A program made the position numbers and the translations under genes. A stretch of DNA of 64,000 nucleotides, taken from the IMG/VR virus record IMGVR_UViG_3300033571_007537, positions 26,991 to 90,990 of that record. The stretch is one strand, 5' to 3'. The notes under the pieces are model-generated. The model did no database searches. It worked only from the letters and a program-made list of their open reading frames with translations, and was not told the origin of the DNA. Source of the DNA: a virus. This document shows, one piece after another, positions 58,737-64,000 of the stretch (the first letter of the stretch is position 1; every line of letters starts with the position of its first letter).

Positions 58737-59583
58737 TTAGGCTTCCGTTGTTTTCAATAAGGACGTCGACCTCATAGTCGTCCATCCCAATCTCTGACGG
58801 ATGGGAGTTAGCAGGACCAACACCCTTTCTAGTAACACGATAAACCTTACCGCCAAGTTTCTTAATAGCGTTCGCTTCGTTCGGATACCTAACGTCGGAG
58901 AAGACCAACTTCGAACCATCCTCTGCTCGGTCCAAAGCGGCGTTCACCCAAAAGTCTTCGTTAAACATTTCGCGTCCAACTTCAGTACCCATGCGTTGCA
59001 TCAAGCCACGAACTTCAGGAGCAAGACTCTTTAGTGCTTCCCAACCAAATCTTTCTACAGCAAGCTTCAACTCAACCGAGTCTTCCAACCCAACAAAAGT
59101 AATGTTTGGATTTAGGTTTACAAGTGCTTCACGCATCGGGTCTGCAAACGACATGCGAGTATACCCAGCGGTCTCAATCAAATGAGCAGCGACGGTATCT
59201 TTACCAGAGCGAGCATAACCAGAGATACCAACACAAGTTACACGAGGAATCAACTTTCCATCACGCAGAACCATTAGAGGTAGGTCTAGTGCTTTTGCTA
59301 CTTCAACTTCCAGCAGTGCACCTTTTGATGAACGCCAGTTTGGAAGTAAGCAGATTATGTCAACCTCAAGCACGTGCTTCAAGTCGCGACGCATGTACCA
59401 TCCCCAAGAATGTTTGCCAGAGTTAGCAGACGCTAAAGCCTCTTCATACGTTGAGCCATCGTTGTGTGCAGGGTTGATTACTTCATACCCCAACTCAAGC
59501 AACTGACGCTCTGCCTCAAAGAAAGCAGGAAAGTTCCAATCATCATACCCAGTCATAGGACCAGCGATGTATACCTTTTTCAT
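58693..59583 (-). CDS. DUF4406 (nucleoside deoxyribosyltransferase-like) fused to deoxynucleoside monophosphate kinase
   Basis: KVYIAGPMTG...NFPAF...INPA...W..SKGA.LE, then GISGYARSGKDT...SFAD...R.LMQRMGTEVGR...DVRYPNE. Confidence 0.85.
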   Translation of the reverse strand: MKKVYIAGPMTGYDDWNFPAFFEAERQLLELGYEVINPAHNDGSTYEEALASANSGKHSWGWYMRRDLKHVLEVDIICLLPNWRSSKGALLEVEVAKALDLPLMVLRDGKLIPRVTCVGISGYARSGKDTVAAHLIETAGYTRMSFADPMREALVNLNPNITFVGLEDSVELKLAVERFGWEALKSLAPEVRGLMQRMGTEVGREMFNEDFWVNAALDRAEDGSKLVFSDVRYPNEANAIKKLGGKVYRVTRKGVGPANSHPSEIGMDDYEVDVLIENNGSLSDLAEKIEGVFVNG

Positions 59584-59801
59584 ACGAAGACCCACCATCC
59601 GATTGCTTTCATAAACAAGGCAACAGCAACACTTAACCCAACTGCGCCAATCGTAAACTTAATTGCTCTCCACGGTTGAGGCAACTCTCTAGTTGCTTGA
59701 TAAGCAAAAGTAAAGAAGATAAGAGATACCCAAGCAAAGAACAACAAACCGGGTAGGGTCATTAACCCACCACCGAAATTAACTAAACCGTATTCGTCCA
59801 T
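59580..59801 (-). CDS. Small membrane protein
   Basis: Two hydrophobic segments. Confidence 0.55.
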   Translation of the reverse strand: MDEYGLVNFGGGLMTLPGLLFFAWVSLIFFTFAYQATRELPQPWRAIKFTIGAVGLSVAVALFMKAIGWWVFV

Positions 59802-59805
59802 TGGA

Positions 59806-60069
59806 CTACTCTACTACGCAGATAATATCTTTGTCATCTATGACGATGTACGCCTTGTTGTCATAGTCAAGTTTTGTTCCGCCGTATAGGGAGTAGATAA
59901 CTCTATCCCCAACTTTCAAATCACTTACGTCTGGACCAACGGATATTACCATTGCTTCCTGAGGTACCGTTTGAGCGTCGTCTGGAATGAATAGTCCAGA
60001 AGTTGTTTTCTCTGCCGCCTTTAGCGGTTCAATTACTACTCTGTTTACTAGAGGTCTGATTGTTGTCAT
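59806..60069 (-). CDS. groES: Co-chaperonin GroES
   Basis: IRPLVNRVVI...TTSGLFIPD...VISVGP...LKVGDRVIY..YGGT. Confidence 0.9.
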   Translation of the reverse strand: MTTIRPLVNRVVIEPLKAAEKTTSGLFIPDDAQTVPQEAMVISVGPDVSDLKVGDRVIYSLYGGTKLDYDNKAYIVIDDKDIICVVE

Positions 60070-60761
60070 GGTGCTACACGTCCGTTCTTGTTGAAACTAT
60101 CATACGTCAAAGGCATCTCTTTAGCAAAGAACTCTTCCATCTTCTCTGCAACCATCTCAATCTCCCGCTGAGGGAAAGATGGGAAGTGTGTCCCCTCCCG
60201 CTGTGTGCGCAGCGAGAGGAAGTTCATTAGTGAACGGGCGTTCATAGTTACATACATCGAAGAATAGATGTTCAGTGGCAAAACAATTCGAGCCACTTCG
60301 CGAGCAACTTCTGACTCCAGCATTGCTTGATAGTCTGTCCACGCTTGAGCGCAAGTTCCTTGTACGCCAGCCATAACAGTTGCGTACTGGTGGTGTGTTC
60401 CATCTTCAAACTCATAAGCACCCGGCTTACCAACCTGAACCAATTTGCGGTCTAGGTCTGGAACATAAAACACTGGAGCAAGTTCCTTGTAACGTCCGCT
60501 CTCTTCATTGTATGAAGCCATGCGATGGCGTTGGAACTCACGGAAAACAAATAAAGGTGCCTCGATGTAAAACGTAAACGCGTTGTGCTCGAACGGGCTT
60601 CCGTGTCTGTCACGCATTAGATAGTTGATTAGGCCAGCGTCCTTAGCGACGTCGATGCTTTTTGTTCCAGTTGATACTCGGGCGGCTAGGACGACAGCAT
60701 TGTCTGAAGCCATCGAGTTGACTAACTCAACGGTCATGTCGCTACGGTATGTAAGACTCAT
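60066..60761 (-). CDS. thyX: Flavin-dependent thymidylate synthase
   Basis: HGSPFEH; RHRMASYNEESGRY ThyX motif; EVARIVLP; NARSLMNFLSLR. Confidence 0.95.
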   Translation of the reverse strand: MSLTYRSDMTVELVNSMASDNAVVLAARVSTGTKSIDVAKDAGLINYLMRDRHGSPFEHNAFTFYIEAPLFVFREFQRHRMASYNEESGRYKELAPVFYVPDLDRKLVQVGKPGAYEFEDGTHHQYATVMAGVQGTCAQAWTDYQAMLESEVAREVARIVLPLNIYSSMYVTMNARSLMNFLSLRTQREGTHFPSFPQREIEMVAEKMEEFFAKEMPLTYDSFNKNGRVAP

Positions 60762-61449
60762 CTTGCTTTCTTTGATGCAGTAAATTGTCGGAAATTAACT
60801 CTTTAATGCTATCAGTTTTTGCAGTCTCATACAGGGTAAATCTCTCACGATTGTCCTGCAATCTAGACATGTCTCGGTTAGCATGGTACAACCTAAAGCA
60901 CCTCCCCGAAGCTCTTTCCAACTCTCTGCCAATCAGCTTTCTGTGGGCTTCTTGAAAAGCAGTATCTTCATAGCCCCACCCAACAAAGTTTTCATCCCAG
61001 CCGTTGATAGTTTTAAACATCTCTGCGGTCATCACCCACCCACTACCAACGTGCAGCGAGATATCTTGTCCAAGCAAGACTTCTCTATTTGGGAAGGGGT
61101 CTAAAAGCGACCTAATAAAGTTGTCTGTTTCAGCACCACTAAGGTCCACGAAAGTTGTGTACGGATAGCAAATCACATTCTGAGACGTTGCAATCTCGAT
61201 AGCGTCTCTAATACTGGTAGGGTCAAACAAGGTGTCAGCATCTAGGACAGCCAGAACTTCACACCCATCAGCAATCGCAGATAGACACCCACGGTTACGT
61301 GCTTCCGAAGGATTAAAGATTTCCCCGACGCTGTCACTTCTATAGATAGGGACGTCAGGAAGAATCTCCGTAAGTCTTTTTAGAGCCGCATTAAATCCAG
61401 CAGCCCTTTCCCCCGTTTCCCTCCAAGGGATTACAATTCCAAGTCTCAA
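60742..61449 (-). CDS. GT-A fold glycosyltransferase (GT2/GT7-like)
   Basis: IVIPWR, ARNRG, LDAD, GWDENFVGWGYED. Confidence 0.85.
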   Translation of the reverse strand: MRLGIVIPWRETGERAAGFNAALKRLTEILPDVPIYRSDSVGEIFNPSEARNRGCLSAIADGCEVLAVLDADTLFDPTSIRDAIEIATSQNVICYPYTTFVDLSGAETDNFIRSLLDPFPNREVLLGQDISLHVGSGWVMTAEMFKTINGWDENFVGWGYEDTAFQEAHRKLIGRELERASGRCFRLYHANRDMSRLQDNRERFTLYETAKTDSIKELISDNLLHQRKQDESYIP

Positions 61450-61572
61450 TTACAGCCCCATTTTGCTTTTAACTTTAATTTTTTTTGCCTATTGGCTTGG
61501 TCGTAAAGACGCTTCTTTTGCATCTGACGCTCATATCTAATTTCTTTGATGATGCGTTCATAGTCCGCTTGC

Positions 61573-61914
61573 TCATCTGCCATAGTCGTCTTCGATTCTA
61601 GTGATATCTTCTTCATAGTACTCACCGTACATCAACTCAACGATTCGGGCAACTTCATTCGAAACGTTCTCTATGCGATGCTCTACACCTACGTCGACGT
61701 AAACGAGGTCCCCGCGTTTTGTCTCAAACACCTTATCGCCTAAAGTCACAACAATACCCGCGTCTAAGATAAACCACTGCTCTGCCCGCTTCGCGTGAAC
61801 TTGGAGCGATAAGCGAGATAGTGGGTTTATTGTTAAGACCTTTACACAAATAGGCGCGTCTGTTTCTTCTAGGATTTCATATCCGCCCCAAGGGCGTTCA
61901 TTGAACTGAACCAC
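61573..61914 (-). CDS. Mannose-6-phosphate isomerase type II-like cupin
   Basis: RPWGGY...VKVLTINP..RLSLQVH..RAEQW...HRIEN...EEDITRIEDDYGR. Confidence 0.85.
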   Translation of the reverse strand: MVQFNERPWGGYEILEETDAPICVKVLTINPLSRLSLQVHAKRAEQWFILDAGIVVTLGDKVFETKRGDLVYVDVGVEHRIENVSNEVARIVELMYGEYYEEDITRIEDDYGR

Positions 61915-61945
61915 GGTTGTACCTTAACTAGATTGATTACCTGAG

Positions 61946-62018
61946 AGCCCCCAACAGGACTTGAACCCGTCACCTACGCATTACAAGTGCGTCGCTCTAC
62001 CAGATGAGCTATAGGGGC
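61946..62018 (-). tRNA. tRNA-Thr(TGT), CCA not encoded
   Basis: GCCCCTA acceptor, D-arm AGCTCATCTGGTAGAGC, anticodon arm ACGCA-CTTGTAA-TGCGT, GGTTCAAGTCC T-loop. Confidence 0.95.
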
Positions 62019-62118
62019 ATTACCACTTCTTATTTACTTAATTACGTCTAGACCATTCTATCAGTTAAACGTAAAAACCCCCACCCGAAGGTAGAGGTCT
62101 TCACTATTAATTAGAGGT

Positions 62119-62460
62119 TTATTCAGTCTCTAGGTTAGGGACATCTTCATCTACCCAATCGATGCCGAGTGGAGACCCGTCAACAATCGAGGCGGAGTAG
62201 TAAGACAACCACTCACCCTTCGCAAGAGCAAGAGTCGTTTTCTGGTGGTCGAACGTAACTCGCTCAGACTTTTCAAAATCCCATTCACTAGTTGTCACAG
62301 CCAAAAAATCTCCAGTGTTAGTGATTAGAACCTTGTCAGCAAAAAGAGCTACCTGTCTGCCATCCTTCAAAGTGACGTGGTAAAAGAATTGACCCCAACT
62401 GCGGTGTCGTCCGTCTACCTTGTAACCCTCAGGGAGTAGTGTTGATTTTTTCATTTGCAT
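62119..62460 (-). CDS. Hypothetical protein
   Basis: 113 aa, AGGAG RBS. Confidence 0.65.
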   Translation of the reverse strand: MQMKKSTLLPEGYKVDGRHRSWGQFFYHVTLKDGRQVALFADKVLITNTGDFLAVTTSEWDFEKSERVTFDHQKTTLALAKGEWLSYYSASIVDGSPLGIDWVDEDVPNLETE

Positions 62461-62519
62461 CTCCTATCTATATATGTGTGTTTTGGATGCATAAGTAGTG
62501 TATCACAAAGTGCTTTAGA

Positions 62520-63044
62520 TTATTTTCTGCTCCAGTTCAGCCCTTTTCCAGACTCTATTGCAACTTGAACTCTACGAAGTTTGCCTGCCACAGAGTCCTT
62601 GCTCATACCAATTATACTGCCCACCTCTTCTAGCGACAATGTAGGGTGGTTGATTCTTGTTTCTAGAATTAAGCGGAAGTCCTGCGGCATACCAGCCCCA
62701 TACTTTTTTAATGCTCGCTTGTAGGTTTCCATATGAGATTTAGCGGCTAGAACTTTTCTTTCAGCATTTGTTGTACCTCTAAACAGTTTTGCACTACGTT
62801 CACTAAGTCCAATTCTGTTAGTGCCTTTACGAATTCGACGTCGCTCCCCTTCGGTTAATCCGCCCCACACCCCTATTGCGTTTAAGCTATCGCCCTCTTC
62901 CCGACACTCCATTTTTACTGGACATCTGGAGCAAACAGACTTTGCGTACTTCAATCTATCTTTGTCGTAGACATTGTCTTCATCTGGAAAGAAGACATCT
63001 AAATCTTCTTCTTGTCTACAGATACCTAGAGTCTTATCAAACAT
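62520..63044 (-). CDS. whiB: WhiB-family Fe-S regulator fused to a WhiA-type C-terminal HTH domain
   Basis: Four-Cys WhiB pattern (C...CSRCPVKMEC) with GVWGG; then RALKKYG..MP......RINHPTLSLEEVG....MSKDSVAGKLRR, matching the WhiA HTH. Confidence 0.85.
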   Translation of the reverse strand: MFDKTLGICRQEEDLDVFFPDEDNVYDKDRLKYAKSVCSRCPVKMECREEGDSLNAIGVWGGLTEGERRRIRKGTNRIGLSERSAKLFRGTTNAERKVLAAKSHMETYKRALKKYGAGMPQDFRLILETRINHPTLSLEEVGSIIGMSKDSVAGKLRRVQVAIESGKGLNWSRK

Positions 63045-63393
63045 TTTTTCCTTCTACGCGGTGCAGTATCACTATCCTCTAGTAAGACCGCGTAGAAGTC
63101 AAATCGACGTCGACGACTTAGTATTGCCTTTCGCTGTCTCTACGTTCTTTGTAGCACTTCGGGCAGTAGCTGCCCTTAAATCTAATCCTATGCTTATGGC
63201 AAGGGTAGCCAACCTTTTTGGCCACTACTGCTCACCCTCGCAGTTCATAATTGCTTCATACTCGGTTGTGTACTTGTCCCAGCAGTTCTCAGGCAGTTGC
63301 CCAGCTCCCACTACAAAGAAACCATACACCAAAGACCCGAGCATTGCAACAACAATCGCTCCAAAGACTACAAGCTCTTTCACAGTTACTTTG

Positions 63394-63843
63394 TCATTCA
63401 TTTGTTCCCCCTCCGATGATGTAAGGGTTAGTCACTACTACCCCACAAACACATTTAGCGGTCTGTTTGTCTGGGTAAAAGTCAAACCCATGGTGATGTT
63501 GTATCTCCACCCTAGTAAACATTTCAGGGTCTTTAGCCAACTTCTTGTAGCCAGACTCAAGCGACTCTTCCTTTTTCTTTTGATACTCAATACCCTTATC
63601 AAAACCATCTTCAAATCCTTCATCTTTGCCACTTTCAAATGCTTGGATTTCAAGTGTCTTAGCTTTACGCCACTTCAAAACTATTCCTCCACCAGCACAC
63701 CCCTGCAAATGGTCAGCAGTCTTTTCTGATTCAAGTAGGCACTTACAATCTACAAAAGACTCTTCAATCTCTTCGTAGTACGGTCCAGAGTCTTCTTCAC
63801 AACACCAGACAGTGTTGTCTTGCTTTATATAGTAAAGGGTCAC
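63394..63843 (-). CDS. Hypothetical Cys-containing protein
   Basis: 149 aa; its E..A[FY]..G...GF segment resembles 57896-58201. Confidence 0.6.
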   Translation of the reverse strand: MTLYYIKQDNTVWCCEEDSGPYYEEIEESFVDCKCLLESEKTADHLQGCAGGGIVLKWRKAKTLEIQAFESGKDEGFEDGFDKGIEYQKKKEESLESGYKKLAKDPEMFTRVEIQHHHGFDFYPDKQTAKCVCGVVVTNPYIIGGGTNE

Positions 63844-64000
63844 TTGCTCTCTCCCTTGATAAGAGCAATTTGCTCATCAACACTCAACTGATGGCGACAG
63901 ACGGGCATACCAACTTCACGATAGCAAGCGCACTTATCTCTCGCTTCTTCTAGCAGTTTGATGATGCGTTCACGTTCTGCTTCAGCAATCCGTGAGTCAT

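Noticed and set aside
59806-60069. GroES, ThyX and tRNA-Thr as evidence of host chromosome
   Set aside because: No groEL or housekeeping synteny; these are common cargo in large phages and are surrounded by phage-type ORFs.
62974-63729. 251-aa plus-strand ORF
   Set aside because: Antisense to a run of coupled minus-strand genes, with no recognisable motifs.

Overview
Phage DNA, most likely part of a large tailed phage of an Actinobacterium (WhiB, ClgR-like regulator, leaderless genes; host genus cannot be determined here). Left (1-24.8 kb, minus strand): head/packaging module with a truncated capsid-maturation protease polyprotein, a 3211-aa kinase-like/ART-like giant, a 1452-aa tandem ADP-ribosyltransferase, Dps, portal and terminase large subunit. 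Middle (~22.9-48.3 kb): about 30 short transcription cassettes, each with a sigma-A-type promoter (TTGACA-16/18-TAnnnT-like), usually preceded by a GACACGCC box. They are interspersed with two other dispersed motifs, and the segment appears by eye to be almost free of TTAA and AGCT. Right: candidate terminase small subunit, lysis/cell-wall genes, an AT-rich iteron cluster, HNH, a PA14 surface-protein cassette, dNMP kinase fusion, GroES, ThyX, glycosyltransferase, cupin and tRNA-Thr. Best candidate for a new system: ORF 62520-63044 is a WhiB domain fused to a WhiA-type C-terminal HTH (a single-chain WhiAB), and the WhiA core site GACAC lies at near-fixed spacing upstream of about 20 phage promoters. 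Second candidate: a head-cargo system of enzymes sharing a QxRDxx[GK][RK]F module and [LIV][TVLI]A[AS] putative cleavage sites. All calls come from reading motifs by eye; no database searches were run.
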